64,000 nt of DNA from Anaerohalosphaeraceae bacterium. GTDB lineage: Bacteria; Planctomycetota; Phycisphaerae; Sedimentisphaerales; Anaerohalosphaeraceae. The notes beneath the pieces were generated by a model. That model was not told where the DNA came from, ran no database searches, and worked only from the letters and a program-made list of their open reading frames with translations. The position numbers and the translations under genes are program-made. Shown piece after piece: positions 30,044 through 42,538 of this stretch (position 1 is its first letter; each line of letters opens with the position of its first letter). The stretch is from the NCBI GenBank assembly GCA_963675525.2, contig CAXXSL010000013.1, positions 64,001 to 128,000 of the forward strand, read 5' to 3'.

Positions 30044-31255
30044 ATGTCAGGCAAAAACAGCCCCAATAACAAGACCCGCTTCAATGGAAGAGGGTATTTA
30101 TTCACAAGCGAATCGGTTACCATGGGACATCCGGACAAGGTGGCCGATCAAATCTCGGATGCTATTCTGGATGCGATGTTAGCGCAGGACCCTAACAGCC
30201 GGGTCGCCTGTGAAACTCTGGTTACGACCGGGCTTGCCATGGTGGCCGGTGAAATCACAACAAATGCCTATGTTGATATCCCGGGTGTCGTTCGCAATAC
30301 AATCAAAAAAATTGGATATACCGACCCGGCCATCGGCTTCGATTATGAAAATTGCGCCGTCATCAACAGCATCGGCGAACAAAGTCCCGATATTTCACAA
30401 GGTGTCACCGAAGGAACAGGGCTTCACAGAGAGCAGGGCGCCGGAGATCAAGGCCTGATGTTTGGATTTGCCTGCCGGGAAACACCCGTCCTCATGCCCC
30501 TGCCGATCTATCTGGCCCATAAACTGACCGACCGCCTGGCAAAAGTACGCCAAAGCGAAAAATTGCCATGGCTGCGTCCGGACGGAAAAAGCCAAGTCAC
30601 CATTGAGTACGGCAAGAATGGAAAACCAAAACGGATCCATACAGTCGTTATTTCAACGCAGCATACGGCTGATGTGAAATATAAAACGCTCAAAAAAGAG
30701 ATCATTGAGCAGATCATTATGCCGGTTCTTCCCAAGAAGTTGGTCGATAAGAAGATGATCGTTCATGTCAATCCAACTGGCAAATTCATTGTCGGGGGTC
30801 CCAAGGGCGACTGCGGAGTAACCGGCCGAAAAATCATCGTCGATACTTACGGCGGACGCGGTTGTCACGGCGGCGGCGCCTTCAGTGGAAAAGACCCCTC
30901 AAAGGTAGACCGCAGCGCCAGCTATATGGCACGATATATCGCCAAGAATATTGTCGCCGCAGGTCTGGCCGACGCCTGCGAAGTCCAGTTGTCTTATGCC
31001 ATCGGCGTTGCGAAGCCCCTTTCGGTTCTGGTCGATACCGAAGGTACAGCGAAAGTCGACGAGACATTGATCGAAAAACTCGTTTGTGAACTGTTCCCGC
31101 TGAAACCCCGGGAGATCATCAATCACCTGAAATTAAAGCGGCCGATTTACGAAGAAACCGCCCGCAACGGACACTTTGGGCGAAATCATTCTGATTTTAC
31201 CTGGGAAAAAACAGACATGGCTAACAAACTTCGCAAAGCGGCGGGGCTAAAATAA
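30044..31255 (+). CDS. metK: S-adenosylmethionine synthetase
   Basis: [45 protein letters not shown]. Confidence 0.98.
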   Translation: MSGKNSPNNKTRFNGRGYLFTSESVTMGHPDKVADQISDAILDAMLAQDPNSRVACETLVTTGLAMVAGEITTNAYVDIPGVVRNTIKKIGYTDPAIGFDYENCAVINSIGEQSPDISQGVTEGTGLHREQGAGDQGLMFGFACRETPVLMPLPIYLAHKLTDRLAKVRQSEKLPWLRPDGKSQVTIEYGKNGKPKRIHTVVISTQHTADVKYKTLKKEIIEQIIMPVLPKKLVDKKMIVHVNPTGKFIVGGPKGDCGVTGRKIIVDTYGGRGCHGGGAFSGKDPSKVDRSASYMARYIAKNIVAAGLADACEVQLSYAIGVAKPLSVLVDTEGTAKVDETLIEKLVCELFPLKPREIINHLKLKRPIYEETARNGHFGRNHSDFTWEKTDMANKLRKAAGLK

Positions 31256-31276
31256 ATGCCATACTCACATTAATTT

Positions 31277-31307
31277 AAAAGCCCGGCTTTCATGCCGGGC
31301 TTTTTTT
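31277..31307. terminator. Bidirectional intrinsic terminator between metK and ppnP
   Basis: AAAAGCCCGGC/GCCGGGCTTTTTTT. Confidence 0.85.
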
Positions 31308-31333
31308 ATGTTGACGGTAGATTACACAATCCA

Positions 31334-31615
31334 TTAGCGGTACAGGCAAAGATATGATGTATTCTGAGTGACCTTTAAATTAAATTTTTCGCCTGCTTCA
31401 ACGGTAAACGTTTTATCAGGGCCATAGTCCCTCCATTCTTCACTGCCGGGCAGACGGACTGTCAATTGGCCGGTTATGATGGTCATCAGCTCGACGGTAG
31501 ATGTCCCAAATTCATATTCTCCCGGGGCCATTACACCGATCGTCGCCGGCCCATCAGATGTTGTAAAAGCGATGGATTTCACTTTTCCATCGAAATATTC
31601 ATTCGTCTTAAACAT
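31334..31615 (-). CDS. ppnP: Pyrimidine/purine nucleoside phosphorylase (YaiE/DUF1255)
   Basis: [34 protein letters not shown]. Confidence 0.93.
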   Translation of the reverse strand: MFKTNEYFDGKVKSIAFTTSDGPATIGVMAPGEYEFGTSTVELMTIITGQLTVRLPGSEEWRDYGPDKTFTVEAGEKFNLKVTQNTSYLCLYR

Positions 31616-31635
31616 CTTATTTCCAATCAACGTTA

Positions 31636-33246
31636 TTAGTGCTTAAAGTGGCGTTTTCCGGTGAAGACCATCGCGATACCCAGTTCATCGGCTTTGGCAA
31701 TAACTTCGTCATCTTTCTTGGAACCTCCCGGCTGAACAATACAGGCCACACCGGCTTTGGCGGCATTTTCCACATTATCCGGGAACGGGAAGAACGCATC
31801 GGAACCCATCGCGGAGCCTTTGGCCATTTCACCGGCCATTTTGAAGGAGATCAAGCCGGACTCGACACGATTCATCTGCCCGGCACCAACACCGACCAGT
31901 TTTTTCCCATTGACCAGCGTAATGGTATTGCTCTTGACATGCTTGGCGGTAATCCAGGCAATCCGCAGATCTTCCAGTTGTTCGGGCGTGGGTTTCCGTT
32001 TGGTCGGAAACGTCAACGCATCCTTTTCCCAGCCAACAAGATCCCGCTGCTGGAGCAGTAATCCGCCGACCATACATCGAACATCGAATTCGCTACTATC
32101 GATCTGACTGCGATCAATCGGTCCGGTTTCCAACAGACGTACACGCTGGCCCCAGGCCTTCAGTGAGCGAATTACTTCTACCGCATCTTCATCATATGAC
32201 GGAGCGGCAATCACTTCGGCAAAGAAACCCGCTGCACCGTTTTCTTTCCCGAAACGGGCATACGATTCCATGATGACGGTTGCCAGTCCTTTGTCCACAT
32301 TGCGGTTTAAGGCTATGATGCCGCCAAACGCACTGACCACATCGCCCAGATAGGCCTTCTCATACGCCCTGGCGATATCGGTATCCACCGCACAGCCGCA
32401 GGGATTCATGTGCTTGACAACCACAGCCGCCGGTTCGTCAAATTCCTTAACCAGTTCAAATGCCGCATTGGTATCCATCAAATTGTTAAAGCTGATCGGG
32501 GTACCCCCTTCCAGCAGTTTGGCGTTGCCAATGCTGACTTCTTTACTGTCGGCTAATTTGTAAAAAGCGCCTGCCTGATGGGGATTTTCACCATAGCGAA
32601 GCTCTTTATCTTTCAGCACTGCCAGTGAAATACGCTCCGGGAACATTTCGCCCGCCTGAGCATTGAGATATTTTGAAATCGCAGCGTCATAGGAAGCCGT
32701 CAGCGAAAAAGCTGCCCGGGCACATTCCGTTCGCAATTCCTGACTGGTCGCTCCGTTATTTTCCTTCATTTCAGCCAGCACCTTGTCATATTGGCCGGCA
32801 TTGGTGACAATCGTTACGAACTTATTATTCTTTGCTGCAGAGCGAACCATGCTCGGCCCGCCAATATCAATATTCTCGATCGCCTCTTCTAATGTACAGC
32901 CTGCCTTGGCGACCGTTTTTTCAAATGGATAGAGATTGACACAAACCAAGTCGATCGGCTCAATCTGATGCTCTTTCATGGCTGCCGCGTGTTCGGCATT
33001 ATCCCGCAAAGCCAGCAGGCCGCCGTGAATCTTCGGATGCAGGGTTTTGACCCGGCCGTTCATCATCTCGGGGAAACCCGTTACAGAGTCGACGCTGGTT
33101 ACCTCAATCCCTGCATCGGCAATGGCTTTGGCCGTCCCGCCGGTACTGATGATCATCACTCCCATTGCGGCAAGCTCTTTGGCGAACGCAACCACACCTG
33201 TTTTATCTGAAACACTGACCAATGCTCTTTGAATCTTGATATTCAT
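31636..33246 (-). CDS. purH: Bifunctional AICAR transformylase/IMP cyclohydrolase
   Basis: [50 protein letters not shown]. Confidence 0.97.
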   Translation of the reverse strand: MNIKIQRALVSVSDKTGVVAFAKELAAMGVMIISTGGTAKAIADAGIEVTSVDSVTGFPEMMNGRVKTLHPKIHGGLLALRDNAEHAAAMKEHQIEPIDLVCVNLYPFEKTVAKAGCTLEEAIENIDIGGPSMVRSAAKNNKFVTIVTNAGQYDKVLAEMKENNGATSQELRTECARAAFSLTASYDAAISKYLNAQAGEMFPERISLAVLKDKELRYGENPHQAGAFYKLADSKEVSIGNAKLLEGGTPISFNNLMDTNAAFELVKEFDEPAAVVVKHMNPCGCAVDTDIARAYEKAYLGDVVSAFGGIIALNRNVDKGLATVIMESYARFGKENGAAGFFAEVIAAPSYDEDAVEVIRSLKAWGQRVRLLETGPIDRSQIDSSEFDVRCMVGGLLLQQRDLVGWEKDALTFPTKRKPTPEQLEDLRIAWITAKHVKSNTITLVNGKKLVGVGAGQMNRVESGLISFKMAGEMAKGSAMGSDAFFPFPDNVENAAKAGVACIVQPGGSKKDDEVIAKADELGIAMVFTGKRHFKH

Positions 33247-33280
33247 TTGTCTTTTTATTCCTTTGAAAAAAGTAATTCGA

Positions 33281-34414
33281 CTATTTCACTGAAATACTCA
33301 TTAAACGTCCATCGGTATCCGCCAGATACATCGTCGAATCGGCCGTGTTTTTCGCGTATCGCCGTACCTGATTAAAATTAACGGAATACATCTCTTTGCC
33401 CGAAGCATTATCCATCACTTTTAAAACGCCCGGCCGAGCAAAGGCGAATGCTTTATTGCCGGACTCACAAACAATGTTTTGCCCGTTCGGAATGTTCCAG
33501 GTGGCTTTTCCATCATCCTTATTAATCGCATACAAGCCGTTGAGATCGTTATAAAGGTACACCACATCCTTACCGACAACCACCGAGTCAAGAACCGGTG
33601 CCCCGGCATAAAACGGCAGCGGCCATGCCGGCATTCCCGTCTCCATTGTCAGCTTATAGAGTTTGGCGTCCATACTGGGCACATAGAGATAGTCGTCGTC
33701 TTGAATAATTCCCGCTTGAATTTCTCCCGTCGTATCATACTGCCATATTTTTTTAGCAACATCCGGCTGCATTCCCACGATATTTCCCGCCTGTGTTGAA
33801 AAGACAACAATTGAGTCGGTCGCAAGCACCGAATTAATCATCGAATCATTATCCGCAGTCGCCGTAAATGCCTGCCAGAATCCATCAGTCGACAGCACAT
33901 GCAACCGGCGATCAGAACCGGCGACATAAACATACTCGCTGTTTCTTGCCAAGGCACACTTGAACGTATCACCAACCTGCTCAAAAACCTCCCGCTTCTG
34001 AAGAAGACCGGTCGAAGGATCAAAAATATTCATCTGGTTGCCGGAGATAAATCCCAGCTGGCCTTTATAATAAAGCGGAGCACACACTGGAAGCCGTTCC
34101 GAACAGAGCCTGACTGAACACAGTGTCCGCCCTTGCTTCCGATCAACGCAAAACAGGATATTTGTGTCCGTCAAGACATAAAGGTATTCCGCAAAAATAA
34201 ACAAACTATCGATCTGTTCGCGGGTTTTAATCGGCAGGTTCAGTTGCCAGTTATACGTCCACCCGGCATCCCGAATCAGTGCATGGGGAACCAGTTCGGC
34301 GGTTAACGGCTGGCGAAACTGTAGCTCTTGATCGGCAGCAAATATCCCCGCAGGCAGGCAGACCAGTAACATCAAACATACAACGATTTGATTTTTCCTG
34401 GATATTTTCATCAC
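33281..34414 (-). CDS. Exported PQQ-like beta-propeller protein (BamB-like)
   Basis: Signal peptide; repeated blades such as LYAINKDDGKATW and LYKLTMETGMPAW. Confidence 0.8.
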   Translation of the reverse strand: MMKISRKNQIVVCLMLLVCLPAGIFAADQELQFRQPLTAELVPHALIRDAGWTYNWQLNLPIKTREQIDSLFIFAEYLYVLTDTNILFCVDRKQGRTLCSVRLCSERLPVCAPLYYKGQLGFISGNQMNIFDPSTGLLQKREVFEQVGDTFKCALARNSEYVYVAGSDRRLHVLSTDGFWQAFTATADNDSMINSVLATDSIVVFSTQAGNIVGMQPDVAKKIWQYDTTGEIQAGIIQDDDYLYVPSMDAKLYKLTMETGMPAWPLPFYAGAPVLDSVVVGKDVVYLYNDLNGLYAINKDDGKATWNIPNGQNIVCESGNKAFAFARPGVLKVMDNASGKEMYSVNFNQVRRYAKNTADSTMYLADTDGRLMSISVK

Positions 34415-34448
34415 ATAAGTCCCTTTTGTTTTGAGTTATAAAAAATGG

Positions 34449-34739
34449 TTATGATTCTAACTTTACAAAGTCCGTTAAGTCAACCTCATGTTCGGCTTCA
34501 AACATCTGCATTCTCTCAATCCGCTCGACATCATCCTTAATCCGGTTGGCCAATTTAAAAATATAGGGTTTCCCTTCCAGTCGATTTTGCAGGTCCTCCA
34601 GCATCGGCTCCCAGCGGCCACCGTAAAGCTGGGCTTTCAGGATGACCAGCATGCGATGCTGCTCATCAAGGCTGCGTATAAAAGACTGGACCTCCGGATC
34701 AACCGAGGACCCATTCGTTTTGTCCTTTTCCTGAACCAT
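34449..34739 (-). CDS. Hypothetical small helical protein directly downstream of atpC
   Basis: SD GAGAGG; co-oriented with the atp genes; LYGGRWEPMLEDL...GKPYIFKL. Confidence 0.7.
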   Translation of the reverse strand: MVQEKDKTNGSSVDPEVQSFIRSLDEQHRMLVILKAQLYGGRWEPMLEDLQNRLEGKPYIFKLANRIKDDVERIERMQMFEAEHEVDLTDFVKLES

Positions 34740-34808
34740 ATCTGTCCTCTCAAACCCAAGCCACAAGCCAATCCTACCTTCTAAAAAACGGATTTGCAAT
34801 CGGTTTTT

Positions 34809-35261
34809 CTATTCACTGAATTTGGACTCCGACACCGAAGCCGCAATCATTTCGGCCATTTGCACAATTAGTTTTGCCTTTTTCTGGTCGATCGCTTCCT
34901 GCTGAGTTCGAATGTATTCCTGTCCAGCCACCACACTGCGTGCATGTGAGACTAACTGTTCAACCTGTACATCTTCCATGCCTTCGAAAGTGGTTACATC
35001 ATAGGCTAAAACGGTCACATGATTTTCACTGACACGGATAAAACCGCCGTCAATAATATAAAATGCGTCCGGCCGCTCAGTGATTTCTCGCACCTGCATA
35101 ATCCCAAAACCCAATTCGGACAGCATCGGGCAATGATTTCGCAGAATCCCCAGTTGACCATCATGTGCCGGCAGCACCACTGAACCGCAACGGCACTCCA
35201 GCAGCTTGGCCTTGGGCGTCAGTAAAACAACACGAAATTTACCTCTTGATAGTCCGACCAT
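34809..35261 (-). CDS. atpC: ATP synthase F1 epsilon subunit
   Basis: LLTP, LPAHDGQLGILRNH, GGFIRV; operon position. Confidence 0.92.
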   Translation of the reverse strand: MVGLSRGKFRVVLLTPKAKLLECRCGSVVLPAHDGQLGILRNHCPMLSELGFGIMQVREITERPDAFYIIDGGFIRVSENHVTVLAYDVTTFEGMEDVQVEQLVSHARSVVAGQEYIRTQQEAIDQKKAKLIVQMAEMIAASVSESKFSE

Positions 35262-35263
35262 CG

Positions 35264-36679
<1,416 letters not shown>

Positions 36680-36716
36680 TTAATTATCCGCAAATAACGT
36701 TTCATGTACGTCCTGT

Positions 36717-37610
36717 TTATTTCGATGCTTCCACACCGCCGACAATATCCAGCAACTCCACAGTAATCTGTCCCTGTCGGGCACGGTTGTAGTCCTTGGT
36801 TAGTTCCTTGATCATGTCATCGGCATTGTCGGAGGCGTTCCGCATACAAACCACCCGCGAAAGATGCTCACTGGCCGCCGCATTGATAAAACACCTCAAA
36901 ATCGACGTCCGAATGGTCATCGTAGCCAGTGTTTCAAAAATCTTTTCCGGCGACGGGCTCAATTCGAAATCCTCAAAATCCAGTTCCCACGGCCAGATGA
37001 CCGTTGCACGGGTCGTCAAGTCGTCGATCAAATCGACCACCGGCAAAACAGTCAGGGTTTGAGCTTTCTGACTGGCCGGTGAAAAAAACCGGTTATAAAC
37101 GATTCCAAGCCGCCCGATGTTCCCTTTGGCGTACTCATCCATGAAAAAATCACCGATCTCGTTGGCCTGTTCGGCTGTCGGAACCTCAGGGAAATCTTCA
37201 TACACGTGTACCGGTTTAATTTTAAGATGCTCCAAATACCCAAGCACCTTCCTGCCTTTGGCGTAAATCTTCAATTCGCGTCCAAAACGTTGGGCCATCT
37301 TAACATGCGTGTCGATCTGACGAAATATCTCGTTATTGTACGCCCCGCACAGGCCTCGATCCGAACCAATAACGATCAGGGCATTGGTTTTCGATTTCGG
37401 CGGATCCATCAAAGGATGACCGATCGCTGTCTGGGCGGTGACCATCAGATAAGCCAACTGTGCCAGCGTATCATAAAATGCCAGGCCTTCGGCCCATTGA
37501 TTGTAATACTGACGATAACGCACGGCACTGATGGTCTCCATGGTTCCGGTGACCTTGCTGATATTGGCCGCGGCGTTTCGCCGTAATAAAATTTGTCGTG
37601 TATTCGCCAT
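36717..37610 (-). CDS. atpG: ATP synthase F1 gamma subunit
   Basis: SDRGLCGAYN, MRNASDNA, YNRARQGQITVELLDIVGG. Confidence 0.96.
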   Translation of the reverse strand: MANTRQILLRRNAAANISKVTGTMETISAVRYRQYYNQWAEGLAFYDTLAQLAYLMVTAQTAIGHPLMDPPKSKTNALIVIGSDRGLCGAYNNEIFRQIDTHVKMAQRFGRELKIYAKGRKVLGYLEHLKIKPVHVYEDFPEVPTAEQANEIGDFFMDEYAKGNIGRLGIVYNRFFSPASQKAQTLTVLPVVDLIDDLTTRATVIWPWELDFEDFELSPSPEKIFETLATMTIRTSILRCFINAAASEHLSRVVCMRNASDNADDMIKELTKDYNRARQGQITVELLDIVGGVEASK

Positions 37611-37615
37611 ATCGT

Positions 37616-37740
37616 AATATCAAAAAGTAAAGATTAACTATAAAAAACCAGAAACCTGCCTACGGCAAAACTTTAAAAAAGCAACGACGACGTCGATTCC
37701 TTATCTTTGATATTTAATACTTTATATTTACTATTTCCAC
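37616..37740. repeat. Inverted degenerate 7-bp repeat tracts in the atpA-atpG spacer
   Basis: Left AATATCA AAAAGTA AAGATTA ACTATAA AAAACCA; right TTTGATA TTTAATA CTTTATA TTTACTA TTTCCAC; central TGCC-TAC-GGCA hairpin. Confidence 0.5.
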
Positions 37741-37741
37741 C

Positions 37742-39265
37742 CTATGCTCCAAATGAGAATCGGTAGATCGTCTTATAGGCCTCCACCGCATCCTTCAGAC
37801 CACTCAGCAAGTCATCGTCAATGTCGCCAACCTGTTCGATCGTTTCCAGGTACTCCGGGGCCTCCAACTGCATCCAGGAGATCAATTCATCTATAAAATG
37901 GTTAACGCGATGCACGTCAATATCATCCAGCACCCCGGTCGATCCGGCGAGAATACTGATAACCTGCTCGGGCACACTCATCGGGGAAAACTGTTTCTGC
38001 TTGAGAATTTCCACCATGCGATTGCCGCGGTCCAGTTGTTTCTGAGCCGCTTCATCGAGCTCGGTGCCTAATCGGGCAAAGTCCTGAAGTTCCCTGAACG
38101 CCGCCAGGTCCAGACGCAGCTTTGGAGCTATCTTTTTCATCGCTTTCGGCTGGGCAGCGCCACCCACACGGGAGACACTGATCCCCACGTCAACTGCCGG
38201 TCGGACACCGGCCAGAAATAGAGACCGCTGTAAATAGATCTGGCCATCAGTGATCGAAATAATGTTCGTCGGGATGTACGCCGAAACCTGGCCTTCAAGG
38301 GTTTCAATGATCGGCAGCGACGTCACCGACCCGCCGCCCAGTTCATCTGACAGCTTTGAAGCTCGTTCCAGCAGTCGACTGTGAAGATAAAAAATATCAC
38401 CGGGATACGCTTCACGTCCCGGTGGACGCCGCAGTAGCAGACTCAACTCACGATACGCAATGGCGTGCTTGCTCAGATCGTCATAAACACACAGGGCATG
38501 GCCCTTTTTCTCGTACATGAAATATTCGGCGACGGCGGTACCGGCATACGGCGCAATATACTGCATGGCCGCACTCTCCGCCGCCGAAGAGACCACAACA
38601 ATTGTATGATCCATCGCGCCGTGACGCTGCAGGATCGCCACAACTTCAGCCACCGTCGATTCTTTCTGACCGATAGCCACATAAACACAGACCACCCCTT
38701 TGCCCTTCTGATTAATAATCGTATCCAGAGCGATAGCGGTTTTGCCGGTTTTGCGGTCACCAATGATCAGCTCACGCTGGCCCCGACCGATGGGAATCAT
38801 CGCATCGACACTTTTCAGCCCCGTCGCCAAGGGCTCTTTGACCGGTTGACGGCCGGCAATTCCCGGGGCAGAATATTCAACAAATCGGCTGCTCTTGCAG
38901 TGAACGACGCCTTTACCATCGATCGGCTCACACAACGCGTTGACCACGCGGCCCAGCAGTTCCTCGCCAACAGGAACCGAAAGCACCTTGCCGGTGCCGC
39001 GAACTCCCGCGCCTTCCTTGACCTTGGTATAATCACCATAGATCACCGCGCCGACCGAATCTTCATCCAGGTTAAACACCTCACCGACAACGCCGCCCTC
39101 AAATTCGAGCATCTCGCCGGCCATCGCATTGTCCAAGCCGTACACACGTGCGATGCCGTCGCCCACTTCCAGCACGGTGCCAACCTGAGCCACATCGACC
39201 TGCGTTTTATACCGTCTGACTTCTTCTTTGATCAGACTGCTGATTTCACCTACATCAAATTTCAT
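37742..39265 (-). CDS. atpA: ATP synthase F1 alpha subunit
   Basis: [40 protein letters not shown]. Confidence 0.98.
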   Translation of the reverse strand: MKFDVGEISSLIKEEVRRYKTQVDVAQVGTVLEVGDGIARVYGLDNAMAGEMLEFEGGVVGEVFNLDEDSVGAVIYGDYTKVKEGAGVRGTGKVLSVPVGEELLGRVVNALCEPIDGKGVVHCKSSRFVEYSAPGIAGRQPVKEPLATGLKSVDAMIPIGRGQRELIIGDRKTGKTAIALDTIINQKGKGVVCVYVAIGQKESTVAEVVAILQRHGAMDHTIVVVSSAAESAAMQYIAPYAGTAVAEYFMYEKKGHALCVYDDLSKHAIAYRELSLLLRRPPGREAYPGDIFYLHSRLLERASKLSDELGGGSVTSLPIIETLEGQVSAYIPTNIISITDGQIYLQRSLFLAGVRPAVDVGISVSRVGGAAQPKAMKKIAPKLRLDLAAFRELQDFARLGTELDEAAQKQLDRGNRMVEILKQKQFSPMSVPEQVISILAGSTGVLDDIDVHRVNHFIDELISWMQLEAPEYLETIEQVGDIDDDLLSGLKDAVEAYKTIYRFSFGA

Positions 39266-39286
39266 TATGATTACTCAAAATAAGTG

Positions 39287-39868
39287 TTAGTCTATTTCTT
39301 GATTGGCCATTTTTTCCTTGGAACGCTTCATGATCGCATCGACGGTTCGATTCAGGATCGTCCGAACAGAGTTATCCACGACCAGATCACCCTTCTTGAT
39401 CACAATGCCGCCGATGATCTCCGGGTCAATATTGACCGTAAGCTTGATCTCGCTGTTAATCGCGTCCTTGATGTCTTTTTTAATCTTCTCAACCTGCTCA
39501 TCCGTCGGCTCCTGAGCCAGTGTCACTTCGATCCGACGGACATTTTTGCGTTCATCCAGAAGAACCTGGTATCGATCGCCAATACCATTCAAAAAATTCA
39601 TGCGATTGCGTTTTGCCAATACACATAAAAAATCCAGCGTCAGCGAATTGATCCGGCCATCAAAAACCCGGCGGATCATTTTCGCTTTTTCGTCTTCCTT
39701 GAGTTGCCCCAGCATCAGCAGTGACAAAAACTCCGGCTCGTCCTGAAGCAACTGCGATACCGCCTCAAGATCATCCATAACAACTTCGACCAGGCCGGAC
39801 TCTTCGGCCAGTTCGAACATCACGTCGCTGTAGATCTCGTGAATAATATGTCGTGCCGTTGATGCCAT
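39287..39868 (-). CDS. atpH: ATP synthase F1 delta subunit
   Basis: DPEIIGG, VDNSVR; position between atpF and atpA. Confidence 0.93.
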   Translation of the reverse strand: MASTARHIIHEIYSDVMFELAEESGLVEVVMDDLEAVSQLLQDEPEFLSLLMLGQLKEDEKAKMIRRVFDGRINSLTLDFLCVLAKRNRMNFLNGIGDRYQVLLDERKNVRRIEVTLAQEPTDEQVEKIKKDIKDAINSEIKLTVNIDPEIIGGIVIKKGDLVVDNSVRTILNRTVDAIMKRSKEKMANQEID

Positions 39869-39876
39869 CGATTCGT

Positions 39877-40476
39877 TTACTTTCGTTCCTGTTCTTTGAG
39901 CCGGTTGATTGCCTCGTCGATCAGCTTCTGATTATCCTCGCCGTCAAGACTCTTGCCAAAGACTTCCTCGCCCAGTTTGCGAACAATATCGCCCGCTTGA
40001 TTCCAAAGGTCATCTTCGGCTTCAATGCGTTCACGCTGAAGCTCGCTTTCGGCCCGGACCTTCATTTGCTCAATATCTTTTTGGTTCTGCTTGGATACTT
40101 CTTTAGCCTGCTGTTCGGCTTGTTGGGTACGGGCACTGATAATATCCCGACCCTGCCGTTCGGCATCCGCCAGTTTGGCACCGTACTCTTCAAGCACCTT
40201 TTTGGCTTCCGTCTTGGACTTTTCGGCATCGGTGATTTGCTTTTCAATATGCTCCTGACGGTTCGTCAAACCCGCCAAAAGCGGCTTCCAGGCAAACTTC
40301 CACAATACCACCAACAGCGCAGCGAACCAAATCAGCGCCCAGATGTACTCACCCGGGTACCCGCCGAAAAGGCTGAACTTATTTTCTTCGTCCGCGCCGC
40401 CATGTTCGGCCGCCAACACCGGCGTGGTGATAGCAAGTACCAACCACAGAACCGTTATGATTCCGCGTATTCTCAT
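39877..40476 (-). CDS. atpF: ATP synthase Fo subunit b
   Basis: LWKFAWKPLL, RQEHI, long charged helix. Confidence 0.93.
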   Translation of the reverse strand: MRIRGIITVLWLVLAITTPVLAAEHGGADEENKFSLFGGYPGEYIWALIWFAALLVVLWKFAWKPLLAGLTNRQEHIEKQITDAEKSKTEAKKVLEEYGAKLADAERQGRDIISARTQQAEQQAKEVSKQNQKDIEQMKVRAESELQRERIEAEDDLWNQAGDIVRKLGEEVFGKSLDGEDNQKLIDEAINRLKEQERK

Positions 40477-40501
40477 TCGCTTCCTCGATCTAAGTGTTTC
40501 G

Positions 40502-40849
40502 TCACTTAAGAAGTACGATTGGCAACAGACAGATAATCAATGCAAACAGCGTCACGCCTTCGATTAAAGCCGCGGCAATAATCATGGTCGTAAAAATACG
40601 ACCGCCGGCTTCCGGCTGACGCGCAATCGCTTCGACGGCACTGCCGGCCAACTGGCCAATCCCGCGAGCCGCACCCATCACAATCAGACCGGCACCCAGG
40701 ACACCGCCGAGCATGGCGAGCCCTTTTGCAAGCGCTTCCATTTGCTGCACGGATTCAAAGATTGCCGGGCCTGCCGTAGCAACCGCCTCTTGAACATCCG
40801 GCGCTGCTTCCGCCAACATCATTGGAACCATCATAATCACGTCTAACAT
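40502..40849 (-). CDS. atpE: ATP synthase Fo subunit c
   Basis: GIGQL, ARQPEA loop, ALIEG carboxylate; SD GGAGG before 40849. Confidence 0.95.
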   Translation of the reverse strand: MLDVIMMVPMMLAEAAPDVQEAVATAGPAIFESVQQMEALAKGLAMLGGVLGAGLIVMGAARGIGQLAGSAVEAIARQPEAGGRIFTTMIIAAALIEGVTLFALIICLLPIVLLK

Positions 40850-40894
40850 GTTGCTAAAACCTCCAAAAGTGTAAAGTAAGTTTATATATTCCTG

Positions 40895-41698
40895 TTAATG
40901 TTCTTCGCTAATCGCAAAGCCGATAAAAATCGTTGTCAAAAAGGTAAAAATATAGGCCTGCAGAAACGCGACAAAAATTTCCAGCAGGCTCATCAGCGTC
41001 GTCGCCAGAATAGATGCAGACGCCACCATGAAATTCTTGAATATAATAATAAATCCCAACAACACGGCCATCAGAATATGCCCAGCCAGAATATTGGCAA
41101 ACAGTCGAATGGCTAATGAAAACAGCCGAACAAATGAACTAATCAACTCCATAAAAAACATAAACGGCATCATCGGCCACGGCACCTTCGGAGATAACGT
41201 CGCAAAATACTTCACAAACCCCTTTTCATAAATGCCCGCCAGATGAAACAGGAAAAAAGCAAAGGTTGCCAATGCCCCGGTCACGTACAGATTCGCGGTG
41301 GCGGCACCGTACAGATTATTGTGCTCACCAATGAAAATACCAATTGCCGCGTTAAACGGAACCATCCCGAGTAAATTCAGAACCAGGATAAAATAGAACA
41401 TGGACCACAGGTAAGCAATGTAGCGATCGGTATGGCTGCCCAGGAAGGGGCGTGCGACATCTTCACGGATAAAAACACAAATGGTTTCGATCACATTATA
41501 AAAACCTCGCGGAACAAGTTGGCGTTTGCGAATAACCAGGGGCAAAACGACCATCAGCATGATGGTTCCAACACTGATCATGAGCATGTGATTCGTGAAC
41601 GGAAACTCTTTTCCCATCACCGTAACGGTAAAGAGTTCGTGGCTGATCACGTGTTCAAGTGGGTTCAGCTTAGCTAAACATGTCCCATACATTGCCAT
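40895..41698 (-). CDS. atpB: ATP synthase Fo subunit a
   Basis: NLLGMVP, SLAIRLFANILAGH, LQAYIFTFL. Confidence 0.96.
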   Translation of the reverse strand: MAMYGTCLAKLNPLEHVISHELFTVTVMGKEFPFTNHMLMISVGTIMLMVVLPLVIRKRQLVPRGFYNVIETICVFIREDVARPFLGSHTDRYIAYLWSMFYFILVLNLLGMVPFNAAIGIFIGEHNNLYGAATANLYVTGALATFAFFLFHLAGIYEKGFVKYFATLSPKVPWPMMPFMFFMELISSFVRLFSLAIRLFANILAGHILMAVLLGFIIIFKNFMVASASILATTLMSLLEIFVAFLQAYIFTFLTTIFIGFAISEEH

Positions 41699-42137
41699 GT
41701 ATTCTTGGTTCCCGATCTTTCATTTCACTGTTCCGGAGTATCCACAAGGCAAGCCACGTATCGACCGCCAAAAAGGCCGCATAGTAAATGCCCAAAAACA
41801 GGATAAACCAACTCCTGTGTATATCTGTAAAAACGGTGATTATAGCAACTCCGCCCCCGCCTATCAATAACCGAATTGCCGCCGCGATCATGACACCGGC
41901 CAGCACCCAATACACATCCCGGCCCCATGTCTTGCCAACGGCGTAGAATCCGGCGATTCCCGCTGCAGATGCCACGATCATCGCAAAAAGACAGGCTTGA
42001 TTGACGTGCGCACCGCCGGTCGCACTGAGCCGGTAGACAAACATGGCACCAAAAACAACCAAAAACAACATCCACCCGACCTTCCCCCATGGGAAAATCA
42101 TAAAAAACGGTTCGGGTTGTTTACGCTTTACACTCAT
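41670..42137 (-). CDS. ATP synthase subunit I-like membrane protein
   Basis: Four TM helices, immediately upstream of atpB. Confidence 0.7.
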   Translation of the reverse strand: MSVKRKQPEPFFMIFPWGKVGWMLFLVVFGAMFVYRLSATGGAHVNQACLFAMIVASAAGIAGFYAVGKTWGRDVYWVLAGVMIAAAIRLLIGGGGVAIITVFTDIHRSWFILFLGIYYAAFLAVDTWLALWILRNSEMKDREPRIHGNVWDMFS

Positions 42138-42409
42138 TGGCCTGTTTCGTCATCCTGACCTTCATCTTCGTCGAGTTCCTGCTCCGTGATCTTTGCACGC
42201 TTGACAATAATATACATCATCACACCGAACCCAACAAAAAAGCCCAGGATCATCCAACCCGGGCTGGTGTCTTCCAATTTGTCGAGCCAGAAGCCAATGA
42301 ACACGAAAAAACCGATGACAAGACAGAACTCAAAGCCAATTCCCATCCACCGGAAAGCAGCCCGGTAAAATGTTGAATCCGTCGGCTGGTCTTTCCGTCT
42401 TCTTGCCAT
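42134..42409 (-). CDS. AtpZ/AtpI-family protein
   Basis: GFWLDK..TSPGW..LGFFVG pattern; first small gene of the atp cluster. Confidence 0.85.
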   Translation of the reverse strand: MARRRKDQPTDSTFYRAAFRWMGIGFEFCLVIGFFVFIGFWLDKLEDTSPGWMILGFFVGFGVMMYIIVKRAKITEQELDEDEGQDDETGQ

Positions 42410-42538
42410 AGAGTCCTTTCCAACCGCCCTTCTAAAAAGGAGAGACGGGTTACTGCTCAACAACTGACCTTCATGCGATGATATTTTAAAAATTAAGATA
42501 AAGGTTCTTGCCGGTTACCAACATTTAACCCGGCAAGC

